A stretch of 64,000 nt of DNA. It comes from Eledone cirrhosa. Taxonomy: Eukaryota. The translations under genes and the position numbers were made by a program. Every line of letters starts with the position of its first letter. Position 1 is the first letter of the stretch. The stretch covers positions 56,358,001-56,422,000 of the forward strand of contig OZ024743.1 of NCBI GenBank assembly GCA_964016885.1, written 5' to 3'. Below are positions 18,121 to 31,970 of the stretch, one piece after another. The notes beneath the pieces were generated by a model. It saw nothing but the letters and a program-made list of their open reading frames with translations, made no database searches and had not been told where the DNA came from.

Positions 18121-18927
18121 CGGACAGCTCGAGACGCGATCATTGTGTGGATCTGTCTGATTCTTGACCCGCAGGTTCGACAGACACGTCTAATGATTTC
18201 GGAGCATATTCTCTCACTGGGGTATCTGATTCTCTGGGCCAGTCAAAAACTTCATCCTCTTCGCGCGTCCTGTGATTGGCGTCACCATAATTCTGACCAC
18301 AGGTACCAGTCCGCTGACCATGAGGGCGTTAGCTGTAACCCGTCTGTGAATGTTTATTTAAGCGATCGCTAACCGGAAGTGTTAACATTTGAAAATTTAA
18401 AGAAGTGAATCTTTAAATAAGCAATAAAATCATTTAAATTAAATTTAATCAAAAATTAGGAAATTTAATATATAAATTATGTAATATTCAATCATTATTT
18501 ATTCAAAGTTATCCAACTTATTTTAGAAACGGGATGAAAAAAATATATATTCTGGACGCAGTCCTGATTTTATCTACACCTCTTAGCAAAAGGAAGAACG
18601 TGAAATACAGTGTTTGACTGAAGAACACAATGCGTCACCTTTTCCAAGAATTGAACCCACGACCTAATGATTCTAAGTCAATCCCTCTAGCCAGTAGGCA
18701 ACGTTCCTTCAAAACAATGTTTAATGGATTTAAAGAAAGGGGAATTCTTTAAAAATTATATTTAGAGTAACAAAGAAAGAAAAAGTCCAAGCTAAGTACC
18801 TATAGACAAAACCCCACTACGTGTGGGGGGGGGGACACTCCTGGTTTTTAAGGTTCCTTTATTTCAAGCAAACTATAGCTATTCATTGGTGACGTCTGCC
18901 AGAATGGTCAGGTGTCTACAATCACAC

Positions 18928-18962
<35 letters not shown>

Positions 18963-18983
18963 GTAAGGAGCAAAATCTGCAAC

Positions 18984-19021
<38 letters not shown>

Positions 19022-19277
19022 GATAAATCTACCAAAATATACGGTATATATAATTGTTTCTATTTTTGGCACAAGGCCAGCAATTACTAGTATATTACTG
19101 GTACTATATTTTATCGACCCCGTAAGGATGAAAGGCAAAGTTAACCTCGGCGGGATTTGGTATATATAATATATGATATACATACCAACACATATATATA
19201 TCCTAGAAACGATCGTAAAATGATGAATTTTTTAATATAAGGAACTAGTTCTTTGTTTTTATTCATTGTTTTTATTA

Positions 19278-19321
<44 letters not shown>

Positions 19322-19447
19322 GTATAGTGGTAGCTATGGTGCTTCCGTAGGCGGTATACCAAAATTAGCACTCGATATTCATCAGATAGAGTGTAGATAT
19401 TATAAAGAAAACGAAAAATCAGTGTTGCATCTGGACTTAGTTTATTT

Positions 19448-19538
19448 CGTGTTACAAATGTTTCGCCGGCATGTAGCTCGAGTCATTGTTCTCGTATGGA
19501 TCTGGCTGATTCTACTTCTGCAGGTTCTTTCAGACACG
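19448..19538 (-). ncRNA. Hammerhead-like motif with long stem II
   Basis: Reverse complement reads cgtgt-CTGAAAGA-acctgca..tgccggc-GAA-ACATTTGT-A-acacg. The core has a 1-nt insertion. Confidence 0.6.
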
Positions 19539-20204
19539 GGTGTTATGTCCGCAGCAAATTTTATCACTGGGGTGTTATCATCAAAACACATACTAGAATA
19601 AACACATAATAACACACACATATTCAGACACATACCTATCTATGCATTTACACTCGTACGTCTACACGCGCAGACACCCAGACCGCCACATACATACATC
19701 GCAGTATATATACTCACACACCATCTCTCCCTCACTCCCATAGACCCAGTCACACACACTTGTTGATACATACCGCCACGAGCCTTCTGGCTGTTCTGTA
19801 TCAATTGGGTAATGTCCTATTCAAACGTATGTGTGAGTATATATACTGCGATGTATGTATGTGGCAGTGTGGGTGTCGGCGCATGTAGACGTACGTGTGT
19901 GAATGCATAGATAGGTATGTGTCTGAGTATATATGTGTGTGTTATTATGTGTTTATTCTAGTATGTGTGGGTGCTTACTCTGAAGTGTGAGCAGACGTGT
20001 GAAGTACTGAACCCAGCATGACTCCATTGAAATGTGTCGGACGGAAAATGGTTGATGAACCGTGTGGCAGCAGATACTGACCAGAACTTGTGATGACGTG
20101 GAGTAAAAACAGCCAATGGCATGACCAGAGTGGATAGAGGGGTTTTGAGGGTGTTGTTTTGATGATAACACCCCAGTGATAAAATTTGCTCCGGACATAA
20201 AACC

Positions 20205-20288
20205 TGTGTCTGAAAGAGAAGTAGAATCAGCCAGATCCATACGAGGACCATGACTCGAGCTACATGCCAGCGAAACATTTGTAACACG
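20205..20288 (+). ncRNA. Hammerhead-like motif, right-arm copy
   Basis: tgtgt-CTGAAAGA-...-GAA-ACATTTGT-A-acacg. Confidence 0.55.
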
Positions 20289-20359
20289 AAATAAACTAAG
20301 TCCAGATGCATCACTGATTTTTCGGTTTTCTTTATAATATATATAAATATATATATATA

Positions 20360-20952
20360 TAAGCGGAAAAAATGAAACGAAATTTCATTTCCCACTCTTA
20401 GTACGGCTGTTACTTAAATATAAGTATGTACACGTACATACATATATGTATACAGACGTACAGTAGTATGTATATATATATATATATATACATACATGCA
20501 CACATATATATATGTACGTATGGATTCACCGAACATTTATTATAATGCTCGGTGTGTTTGTAAACAAACATCCCGTATTAAGCCGTAGTGTCCAGCAACC
20601 ATCGTTGCTCGTTTGTTCAACACTGACAAAGGAACGCTGTACTAGTTTCAAGCTTATTAGCTATCGTCAGCAACGTATACCTTTCTGCCAGATTGTTGAA
20701 CGTATATACTTACCTTATGCATATTAACGGCTGAGTAGCCCAATTTGCATATCGAGTGGGTTAATCGGCCGGGTGCACCGAAAACGATAAACGGAAAAAA
20801 TGAAACGAAATTTCATTTCCCACTCTTAGTACGGCTGTTACTTAAATATAAGTATGTACACGTACATACATATATGTATACAGACGTACAGTAGTATGTA
20901 TATATATATACATACATGCACACATATATATATGTACGTATGGATTCACCGA
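20360..20952 (+). repeat. About 170-bp direct repeats (20360-20533, 20788-20952) around a unique core
   Basis: cggaaaaaatgaaacgaaatttcatttcccactcttagtacggctg...ggattcaccgaa occurs twice. Confidence 0.85.
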
Positions 20953-21959
20953 ATATATATATATACTGTATATGGGGTTGCGGATTTTTCTCTTTCCCCA
21001 TATCTCCCCACGATTCATTTTTTTTCCTACTCCGCCCACATACATATAACGTGGTTCCTTTTTGTAAATATATACATTTGAATTTGTTAAAATATGTCAT
21101 TTAACAGTTGAGGGGACATAACTCTTAAATTATGCAAAAAGAGTAATTTTTCTTAGACTGTTATTTTATATTTAACAAACAAGAAGCAAGCGTGTTCTAT
21201 TTATTTTCCACGTCTACAAAGAAAAGAAAGGAAATGGAAAGGAGCCGACGTTTGGTCGAACCAAGGAAACAATGTATTTATTAGTCTTCCCATTGCTGAT
21301 TCTATCTACATCTCTTAGCAAAAGGAACAATGTGAAATACAGTGTTTGACTGAAGAACACTATGAGTCGCCTTTTCCAAGAATCGAATCCACGACCTAAT
21401 GATTCTAAGTCAATCCCTCTAGCCAGTAGGCAACGTTCCTTCAAAACAATGCTAAAATATCAGTAAATTATTCAGATTTCTATTCTCATTCTGCAACACA
21501 AAGATCAGAAACTTTATTTATCTCCTAAATATACTCAGTATAAAATGGTCTTAGTGCCAACCGTTACCAATAGTCATGAATCTTGCTTAATTACCGAAAG
21601 AATGACGATTGCGAATAGAAGCCGCCTAAACTGGCTTCATCCGAAGGGCAAAGAAGAAGAGTTTTTTTGTTTTTTTACCGTAGCCTCGAGTCAACCACAC
21701 TCTTGTGGGTGAAAGTTTGGATGACGGAAACTGTATGAAAGCCCGTCGGATGGACTGTATCCGTAACTCAATAGTCCAGCCTTATCTCATTGTGTGCCAC
21801 TGATTCGGTTTGGAAATGACGTTAAAAATACACGTGTCTGTGGAATACGCAAGTACTTTCACGTCTTTTACGTGTCTGACGCTCAGTTGGTGGAACAACT
21901 GGATGTTCATTGTTGAAACCGTTGAAGGATGCTTAATTTCAGAGGAGTTCGTTATGGGA

Positions 21960-23075
21960 CCTGCGTTGCCCAGATTAGCCATTGAGGATTCATTGAGTGA
22001 CATAAGCGGCATTAGGTGCTTGTAAAAAGTACGTTAATTAGCCTATGGTACCCAAGCAGGAAGTAAAGACAGCATTAAGGGTGGCCTATGGCATCCAAAT
22101 TTGCAATAGAAAGTTAAATAATTGACCGAAATATCTGTAGAAGTTTCAATAAACAAAATACGTTCCGAAGGTGGCATTAAGGTCTTTAGTCACCGAATGG
22201 CCATAGAGAGCTTAATGAAATGGCGTACACATAGCGGCGGGACCCTTAAATGACTATTAATTGACCCACATTACACTAAATGGTGACATGCGGTGTTCAT
22301 GAAGCGATCTTTATCTCCGAAAAAACCGTAAAGGACATATCAATTAACATACGTCTCCGGCACGGACAAACCACTGACTTCAGTAATTCACCTACTTCTC
22401 CAGGCGTGACATTGGAGTCTTCGTTAAATGGCCTACATGCTTCAGTTTTACTGTAAAGGTAAAGATAAAATACCCACTTCGATCACGAAAGACTATGGGA
22501 TTTGCAACGAGACAGTTTCCTCTCCCAAGGCACAAGTCCCACCAATGTTGTCTGTTGAAAACCAGCAGTCACCCATGCATACTAGTCCCCTGTCTCCACA
22601 CTACCGGTGTTGTCCAAAAGAAATGCAAAGGTGGATGCAGCTTGGCTCCAGGGACGGTAGCAAACTCATTTTTTTTTCCAACTGAAAGAACATCACAATA
22701 AAGATTCACAATCTCATGATTGTGAATCCGAGGCTTCAACGACTAAGCTACGCGCTTTCCCAGTGCTCCCGTAGAATGTTCATTAATTGACCTGCGTTGA
22801 TAGTGTCTTACTGTAGAGGATATATTAAATTGTCTACGTTCCTAAGTATGGCCGTAGAGGCTTCATTAATCGATGTACGTCCGGTGTGTCTGTAGTGTGC
22901 TAAATAAATAGTTGAGTTCCACAGGTTTCATGGGAGAATGCTCATAATGTGGTCTCTGTACTGGTGGGGCCAAAGAGCGTTATTGTAATGGCTTATGTCC
23001 CCGGTTGGGCAAAATCTCCATGCATAGCTGTAGAGGGTTCCTGAATTGGTCTACGTTAACCTAGAGAGTCAATTA
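21960..23075. repeat. Highly diverged tandem array, unit about 40 bp
   Basis: Recurring units resembling ccgtagaggnttcattaattgacctacgt, clearest at 22768-22885. Confidence 0.6.
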
Positions 23076-23959
23076 AAGGACATATGCATGTGTGTATGTA
23101 CGTACGTATGTATGTATGTATGTATGTATGTACTGGTGCTACTGGTAACATGTATCCCAGTACAACCTGTCTCATGGTCGGGTCGTTGGCGACTAAACTG
23201 GCAACCCCACCAAGGTTTCTTGGTGAGGAGGGTGACTTTGGACATCCTTCAGGACTAAAAACAAAACCTGTCAAAGGTCAAAGGAGCTCTTAAGAGTCAA
23301 TGGCCATCCAAAATCACCGGGAGAGATGACCCCTTAGCCTTTGTCAAGGCAGAATTCTAGGAGAAGGAAAACTCTGATATAACACCTGCAACCCTGATGG
23401 TATCCAATGATGTTGACTTGTTCTTCTTTTTGGTAAATATCATCTTGGTTAAGAGAGTGGGACTGGCTTTGTGCAGTGCCTTTGCTCACTATAAAAGCTT
23501 CACGGCACACACATTGCTTTATATCTGGAGATCTCTCTGCACTTGCCGTCACATGGTACCATGGGCCCAGCACTGTGTCAATAATTGTCACAAGTGTAGT
23601 GTTTGTACCAGAGTTTTCAAGTCGCTGGCTGGACTAAAAAGTCACACTCGTTCAGCGCACCGGTAGGGGTTCTCCTACATAGATATAAAGTAGTGGCCGT
23701 ACTCGAAAACGAGTTGGCAACCACCATGTATGTACGTATGTATGTATGTATGTATGTATGTATGTACATATGTATATATGTATGTACGTACGTATGTATA
23801 TATGTTTCTCTTTCTCTTAAAATCGAGTACATTGTTGACCGGCCACCTTCCTGGTGGCAAGGTTGTAAAAGAAAAGAAATTGTCATCCCCTGAATTGCAA
23901 GAATGTTTTGCAAATTTTGAAGGTGCCATCTATCACAGCCATTTGTAGTCTATGAATTA

Positions 23960-24560
23960 GGGACCTGCGCTCTTTGTTCACAAATCCAAGTTCAGTTATA
24001 CTTTGGTCTAAGCGGGTTGGTATATAACCTATAGCTCCAATAATGATGGGTTATGAAGCTGAAGGTGTATCTTAGATACTGGATATTCAAACTCCTCATC
24101 AATGGTCCGTAGATGTCCTCCTTCTGTATGTTTCTTACGTTTACACAAGTGGGCAGCTGATCTCTACAACAGAGCACCTTTTCAATGTATGGTTCCAAAC
24201 AACAATATCAGGCCGGTTGTGCTTTCATTTTGTGGCAGTTTTTATTTTCAGGTTCCGCCAGTATTCTTTAGTGCCATGCATCTCAACATATTCCTCCTCA
24301 TTCGTTTTTAATTTTGTTTTCTTAAATGCGCTCCAGGTGGTTCTAGCTATCACATCGGGTCTCATAGGGAGGTAGTAGCGAGACGACATTCTTCTATGTT
24401 CGATCTTTGTTTTACGAAACCTACATTTATTGTCGACTGGTGGCCCTCCTCTTTTGTGTAGCAGATATTTGGTAGGGATTTCTTGTTCCTGTATTGCATA
24501 GAGATATCCTTAAAGGTAGGATGTCATAAACTTGTCGGCACTCCATGCCAGGATTTTTTA
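23960..24560 (-). pseudogene. Degenerate R4/Dong-like LINE C-terminus (CCHC plus PD-(D/E)xK endonuclease)
   Basis: The minus strand reads IPTKYL..., KHNRPDIVVWN, VEISCP and KEDIYGPLMRSL. Confidence 0.65.
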
Positions 24561-26184
24561 ATGATTTATCCGCTCTATGGTTTGTGTTTTCGTCTGTATG
24601 TATGTGTAGTGGATAGATGTTTTCTTTGCAGGACGAATGATAAAAAAGAATAATGCAAGAATTGTGATGTCGACAATGTTTATTTTATAATAACAAAATT
24701 CATTGAATATCGAGTAACAAAATCGTGACAATTATCACTACATTATTTGCTGACTAGCTACTTCGAGCTAGCGTGTATGTATGTATCAATAAAATGATAC
24801 AATATAAGTGAAATAACACGAAGCCGAAAGGATAAGGAGAAATATAAGTAAACCTGCTGCGTGTGAGTGTGTGTCTATCCTGTAGTTGGTCAATCTGCCG
24901 AGCTGGTATGAAATGTGAGAGCCTGTAAGGCCAGGAGAGAGAGTAAAAGGTCTGTAGATAGTGAATGGGGCTACATCGTTCACCTCTCACAGACTGCTGC
25001 TTCGTGGTCTTTCTGCTGGGCTCTCTAAGTTCTTGTATTTATAATAACCCTATAGCTGGAAGGATGTGTATATGGGTTGATTTATGAGTAGCCATGTGTG
25101 TTTCATCTGTCAAGAACCTCGGGTCACAAGTCAAGTGGTATGTATGTTTATCATAGTTGTCTCTTGACAGGGCAATGGTGGGAACTCCCAACAATAGGTG
25201 GTTTTAGAGGTGAGAACCCTCCGATTCGGTTTCGAATCTTGGCCAGGTAAAAACATAGGAGTATTTCGTTACATATGTGCGTATGTATCTTCTGGTTTTA
25301 TAATTTCACAATGTTTTGCCAATATAGAGAGTGTCGGTTTCTAACATAGATACAAGACTCTCTCATTGGAATTTACACAACCACAACATCAACTAGATAG
25401 ATATGTATGCATGTCTGCATGCATACGTATGGAGGTATGAACGTTATTGTCTGTGTAGATGTGGATGTTTTGAGTTATATGTGTGCATGTGCATATGCTT
25501 TGTATCTGTACATGAGTATATGCAGTTATTCGATGCAGGGCTTTTGGAATGTTTTACATATTTTTACTGTTCCGTTAAGGGATTGTACTTGTTTTGTTTT
25601 GTTTTTGTTTCGTTGCCTTCATTTTACTGCCCATTTCGCATTGTTTTAGCCTTCTTAAACATATTTTCTACATTATATACTATATATTATGTTTCAAGCA
25701 AACTACAACATTCTGTTAATTGGGGAGAGTGGGGGGTTCAGTTGAGTGCACTGGATGGAGTAACATGTAATAAAGTATTTTTTTCTCAATGAAACGAAAT
25801 AGCGCCGGGAATCGAATTCATGATCGTGAGACGAACATCTTCACCACACAGTTATAGTAAGTGACAAAACTTTGAGTTACTACATGTACAACTCACTTTT
25901 TCAAGCCGAATGGACTGATGCAGCATGAAAAATTTCTTGCTCAAGAACTCAATGCACCACTGGGAGCCGAACCCACAACAATACGATTTTGAATTGATCA
26001 CTCTAACGACTAAGTTATGCACCATCACTGATAAGATAGGACATCATGCTCTGTAGAAATCATAACGCTAGGAATATTCGGGCGATGCTTACAACTACAT
26101 TACACGGTGCTGTTCTCTTTTACTAGACACGGTGGATATATATAGACTCATGCATTGAGAAATATACTGTTACAGCATTGACCA

Positions 26185-26236
<52 letters not shown>

Positions 26237-26744
26237 AACACACACACATTATACATACTCACACACACACACACACATACGCATATACATACATACATAC
26301 ACACGCACACATACATGCACAACACACGCGCGCGCACTGATACACATACGCGCAATATATATATATGTGTGTGTGTGAATCGGTGCATTCTACTGAAAGG
26401 CCTATATATTCAGGGTTCTCAGTAAGATTGTGAGTTACGTTTCAATATTTTGACGATAATAAGATATGTTTGGAGAGCTGGACAACAAATGGCTTCAGTG
26501 AAGAAGCTAACTCTACCCCCAACCGGTCAAATGCATGTGTTTCAGCCCTTTTTAACTCCTTACATTCAAACCCTAAGGGCTGCATCCATGTCATGTCTCC
26601 TGAGTTCCCTTCTGCATTTCACTTATAGCATTTTAACCCTATGGATATCGGTGACTTGTGTGCAGGGCACTTAACCTGTATGGAGATCGCTTGTTGATGT
26701 ATAGAAACGGTAAGTGTTTTTATAGTCTTATATTATTTTCTCCC

Positions 26745-27460
26745 TCATAAGGGTGGTGAATGAACATATTAGTAAGTGTGTCGGATGAAATGAATTGCAG
26801 TACTTCGTTACAACCCTCAATGTTCTGGTAATCAAATCCGACCGAGGTCAACTTTCATCCTTTCACCCTTTCGGGGTCGACAAAATAATATAGCAGTAAG
26901 GTTTCCCTTCCCACAATTTGTTGGTTCTAATACCACCGAGTTCATCTTTGTATTTTACCCTTCCGGGATCGATAAAATAATGTACCAGTAACGTATTGAC
27001 GTCAGTATAATCAATTCTCTCCTTTCCACAAAAGATTGCTAGCCTTGTAGCTGAATTAGGAAGCGTTATTATTATTCTGAGTTCTAATATCGCCGAGGTA
27101 AACTTTGCTTTTGTCTTTCTGGGGTCGACAAAGTAACGTACTGGGGACTGTATGGTAGATTTTTCTCTTCTTTCAAATATCCTTGACCTTCTGCTAAGTT
27201 ACAAACCGTTATTTTCTATTTACATTTTCTCATCTCCGTTTTCTCTCTTCGTTTGGTTGCTGTGTGATTTCTTTTTTTCATTTAATACAAGTAAATGTTC
27301 TGCAAGGCGTTGACTTGGTAGAGTCGTTAAGGCGTTGGCTAAAAAACGCCGCTGTAGGTATCCCGGCTCACTACGTTATGTGTTCAAATCCCACCAAGGT
27401 CAACTTTACCTTTCATCTTACCGACGCCGATAAATAAAGAACCCGTCCAGTATTGGGGTT
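26745..27460 (+). mobile_element. Cluster of tRNA-derived SINE copies (same family at 19060-19160-, 36515-36610, 60640-60830, 61460-61680-, 62500-62680, 62970-63120, 63905-64000-)
   Basis: Recurring core gttcaaatcccgccgaggttaactttgcctttcatccttacggggtcgataaaataaagtaccag. Confidence 0.8.
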
Positions 27461-28076
27461 AGTTCTTCTTCTACCCATCTTTCCTTCCTTATTTGCGATT
27501 TATCAGCTGTGTTTTGAAATCTGGCGGTGCCCATCTTTTTTCAGGATGGGCACCGCCAGATTTAGAATGTTCAATGCATGTCATGTTTCATGTCATCACC
27601 CTTACAACTCCGTTAAGGGCCATCTCTTTCTAAAAGTGTTTTTGATCTCCGGCGGTTCCAACCATTAGCGTTCTGGTTTTTCGATCAATGAAACAGTTTG
27701 CTCGTGAAATTAACCTACAAGTGGTTCAGCATACCATAAACAAGTATACGTTAAGCGTAATACTCAGGGAGATTTAGCGTGATACAATATTTGACAAGGC
27801 TGGCCCTTCGAATTACAGGTACAATTAATTTTTTCCAGCTGATTGGACTGGAGCAATGTGAACTAAAGTGATTTCCTTAAATATACAACACGGCCAGTAT
27901 AAATCGAACCCATGACCTTACGTTCTTGATCCGAACACTGTAGTCACTAAGTTACGTTCACAAGTAAGCCTATGTGTGTATTCGATTGTATGTTTCGACT
28001 CCAGACATCCATGCGGGTGAGTGTGCTTCCAGAAGTATTTGACTGCCATTTCTTGATGGATGGTCGAGTAATCACT

Positions 28077-28117
<41 letters not shown>

Positions 28118-28472
28118 CACAGAAAAAAGAGAATCAGTGTTGCGACGAATGGAATTTATGGGACATATTACAATCATACTCTGCTCTATGAGAGCAGCGA
28201 GTGCTCAAACGGCCTACCGCAAAACTTTAAGCATCCAACACAGATTATATATAGTCGTCGACGACTAAACCGGCAATCCCCACACCAAGTTTACTTTGTG
28301 AGAAGGATGATTTTGGACACCCTGCGGGACAAAAAACAAAACCTGACAAAGGGCGGAAGAACTCATAAGAGTCAACGGCCATCCAAAAATGCGTAAATAT
28401 GTATATACAATGGTACATATGTATATGTGTATATATATATATATTATTGGCAACATGACCCTCCCAAAGTAT

Positions 28473-28534
<62 letters not shown>

Positions 28535-28908
28535 ATGCATGTGTGTATATGCGCGGGAACATAGAAATAATCGGGCTGGATACTCGATCGTGCGGTTAAA
28601 CCACTGGGAATGAAGGACCCCTAGCCTTAGTCAGGGCATTCTTCTAGGAAAAAGGCAACTCAGGAAACTGGGATAAATCCGACATAAAACCTGCGGCTCA
28701 GTAGTTACCGATGGTGTTGATCTTTTCTTCTTTTCGGGTTATAGCTACTGTCCCTCAGAGAGTGGGATTGGCTCAGTGCACAGTCTTTCCTCACTTAAAA
28801 AATATCTTCACGCTCAGGCATTGCACGATAGAATTAATTAATTATTATTAATAATACTATATCGTGCAATGGCCATACTCGATTACGAGGGGGCAGCCAT
28901 CATGTGTG

Positions 28909-28989
<81 letters not shown>

Positions 28990-29513
28990 AAAAAGTAAAC
29001 AAACAATGAAAAAATATAAATATATTAATTTAACGCTTGGGTAGTAGGAAAAGAGTCTTAACGTTTCAGTTATTAGTCCTTCAGAAAATAGAATGAGAAA
29101 TAAAAGAAGATAGAATAGAAAGACGGAGGAGGAGGGAGAGATGTATATACAATATATACATAGTTGCTCATGTTTAGGTTGCATTGCTTCAAATATCGCG
29201 CATTATAAAAGAAAAAAAGTACACACCTACTCAAACCCCAATACATACACCGACCAGAAATCGCCGAAACTATACCAACTGTCCTCTAGGTAGATCTTCA
29301 TTTTCACAACACGAAACGGTTTCCAGGGAATTCTACAGGGAATTTCGAACGATCAATAGTCGAATGGAAAGAAGTGCACGCACACACATGCATATATACA
29401 TTTCACAACGCGCACGTTCGAAATTTTAACGTCTTTTCATTTCCTTTAACTTAAATCTGCTCTCGAAACAAACAAGTCAATCCGATCGAATTTTTAAGTC
29501 TCTCTTAGGTTAC

Positions 29514-29553
29514 TCCCTTGATAATGGGTTTTTAACCCCGAAAATATTTGGGA
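29514..29553 (+). ncRNA. Minimal type I hammerhead motif, U3-A8 variant
   Basis: tccc-TTGATAA-tgggtt ttt aacccc-GAA-AATATT-T-ggga. Confidence 0.68.
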
Positions 29554-29640
29554 TCATTAAATTTGCTAAGGTAAGATTCTTTTATTATCTTGGCGATTTA
29601 ATGCTTTTTCTAACGCATTGTTTGGTTTTCAAAATTTAAG

Positions 29641-29676
<36 letters not shown>

Positions 29677-29687
29677 TATATAGATAT

Positions 29688-29856
29688 AGAGTCAGGACCC
29701 CGGATGCTGAGCTCCGGCCGTTTCGACAGCTATGTTCAGAACTAGCTGTCGAAACGGCCGGAGCTCAGTCGTCGGAGTCCTGACTCTTTTCCAATTACCC
29801 ACTTTACTACCCATAGTATCGAGTACTCTGGTGCGTTATGGTCCACACTTCCTTCG

Positions 29857-29860
<4 letters not shown>
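29688..29860 (+). mobile_element. Ultra-short PLE-2-family insertion: hairpin of two pLTR ends plus tail
   Basis: 29688-29732 pairs with 29741-29787. The tail cccactttactaccc..gagtactctggtgcgttatggtcca matches 13258-13333. Confidence 0.8.
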
Positions 29861-29940
<80 letters not shown>

Positions 29941-30159
29941 ATTGAATATACAGACCACTAGCGACATCAGATACACAGATCGAACTTTACCGCGTTTTAC
30001 TATTTATCTATTGTTGCTGACTTTATTTATCAACTTGTCCTGTACCAACCAATGGAGGGCGCTTAACAACATGCCCCTAAACTCCATTCTCCATTTTCTT
30101 TTATTACTTATCCTCCAGTGCATCTAATGATATATACGTGTTTCCGTCGTAAAACCGCT

Positions 30160-31970
30160 GGTAATGCGGAGTTAAGTCAAACTATTGACAGGAATACTCT
30201 CAACTCCCACATTATCTGCTGATTGATCTTTTCTTTACTTTCTACCCATAAATATATGTGTGTGTATGTATGTTCTTCTGGTTTTATAATTTTACTAGCA
30301 GTGGTACCCGGCGTTGCATGGGATAAGGTATTGTGAAATATATAACCGCCTTAGTTAAGCTTAGTATTGCCACAACCACGGCTGGCAAAGAAGTAAGGGT
30401 CTGGTGGTACGTAAGTAAGCAACACTGTGGCTTAAAACGTGAGGAAGAAGTTGTGTGCACTTACCAACTGTTTGGGGAATGAGTGTGAGATTTGTCTTGA
30501 GCAAGGGTGGCAGAATAACTGGAGACAGCAGACAGCCAGACATACAGACAGATATTATAAGGGTGCGTTCTGGACGCAGAGCGAATTGTAGGAAGTGGCG
30601 TAATGCAGACAGCTAGACATACAGACAGGTATTATAAGGGTGCGACGTTATATGTATGTATCTATCTAAAAAGAGAAAGACTAATAATTATAGAGAGAGG
30701 TCGTTAAATCGCATAATGCGGTCCCTAGGGCATTGAAAATTTGAATATTTTTTTTGCTCAGAACACTTCCTGAAACATAAGTATTACATGTGTAAAGTTT
30801 GAAAACAGTCAGTTGGGTGTTTCTCTAGTTTTAGGGATTCAAACTCACACACACACAGACAGACATCCTCAGTTTTATATATATAGATAATTTTTTACCA
30901 ATAGAGCGAGAGAGAGTGTCGGTTTCTGATTGTAATTTCCTAACTAGTTGTGTTCTTTCTGTTTCTATGAAGCCCAGCTTCTCAAGATTTGTATTGAGGC
31001 AGTTACTAACATATCCCAGTGCCCCAATAATCACAGGCATAAATCTGAAGGTATAGTAAGGGTGGAGTATCTGCAGATTTCTCATTAGTTCTGCATAGAT
31101 ATTCTCCTTTTCGCTAATCTTTGATATGCAGAGCAGAGCTCAATCCATTTCGACGGCTATTTCAGTCCAGAAACATTTTCCTGTTACCCACTCTACTACC
31201 CAAAGTATTGAGTACTCTGGTGCGTTATGGTGAACCTGGTTCCCTACCACACTTCCTTAGTTATGTATGTGTGTGTGTATGTATGTATATATATAAGTGT
31301 ATATATATGTATGTATATATATATATATATATATATATAAATGAAAAGTATAGAAAGTGTTGTAGCAAGAAGCCAACAGTATTCCATAATATATAAGTGA
31401 CTATATGTATGTATGTATGTATGTATATGTGTATATATGTATATATGTCAGGTCACCAGTTGGTGCTACTGGTAACATGTATCCCAGTACAACCTGTCTC
31501 ATGGTCGGGTCGTTGGCGACTAAACTGGCAACCCCACCAAGGTTTCTTGGTGAGGAGGGTGACTTTGGACATCCTTCAGGACTAAAAACAAAACCTGTCA
31601 AAAGGTCAAAGGAGCTCTTAAGAGTCAATGGCCATCCAAAATCACCGGGAGAGATGACCCCTTAGCCTTTGTCAAGGCAGAATTCTAGGAGAAGGAAAAC
31701 TCTGATATAACACCTGCAACCCTGATGGTATCCAATGATGTTGCCTTGTTCTTCTTTTTGGTAAATATCATCTTGGTTAAGAGAGTGGGACTGGCTTTGT
31801 GCAGTGCCTTTGCTCACTATAAAAGCTTCACGGCACAGGCATTGCTTTATATCTGGAGATCTCTCTGCACTTGTCGTCACATGATATCATGGGCCCAGCA
31901 CTATGTGTCAATAATTGTCACAAGTGTAGTGTTTGTACCAGAGTTTTCAAGTCGCTGGCTGGACTAAAAA
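30160..31970 (+). repeat. About 1.8-kb segmental duplicate of 16323-18120
   Basis: Same order and near-identical sequence of unique DNA, Helitron (30295-30887), R4 fragment, PLE tail and RTE-derived element. Confidence 0.92.

Larger units (their letters stand above)
19398..20340. mobile_element. Non-coding fold-back element with a hammerhead motif in each arm
   Basis: 19398-19590 pairs with 20150-20340, and 19590-19720 pairs with 19828-19962. Confidence 0.8.
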
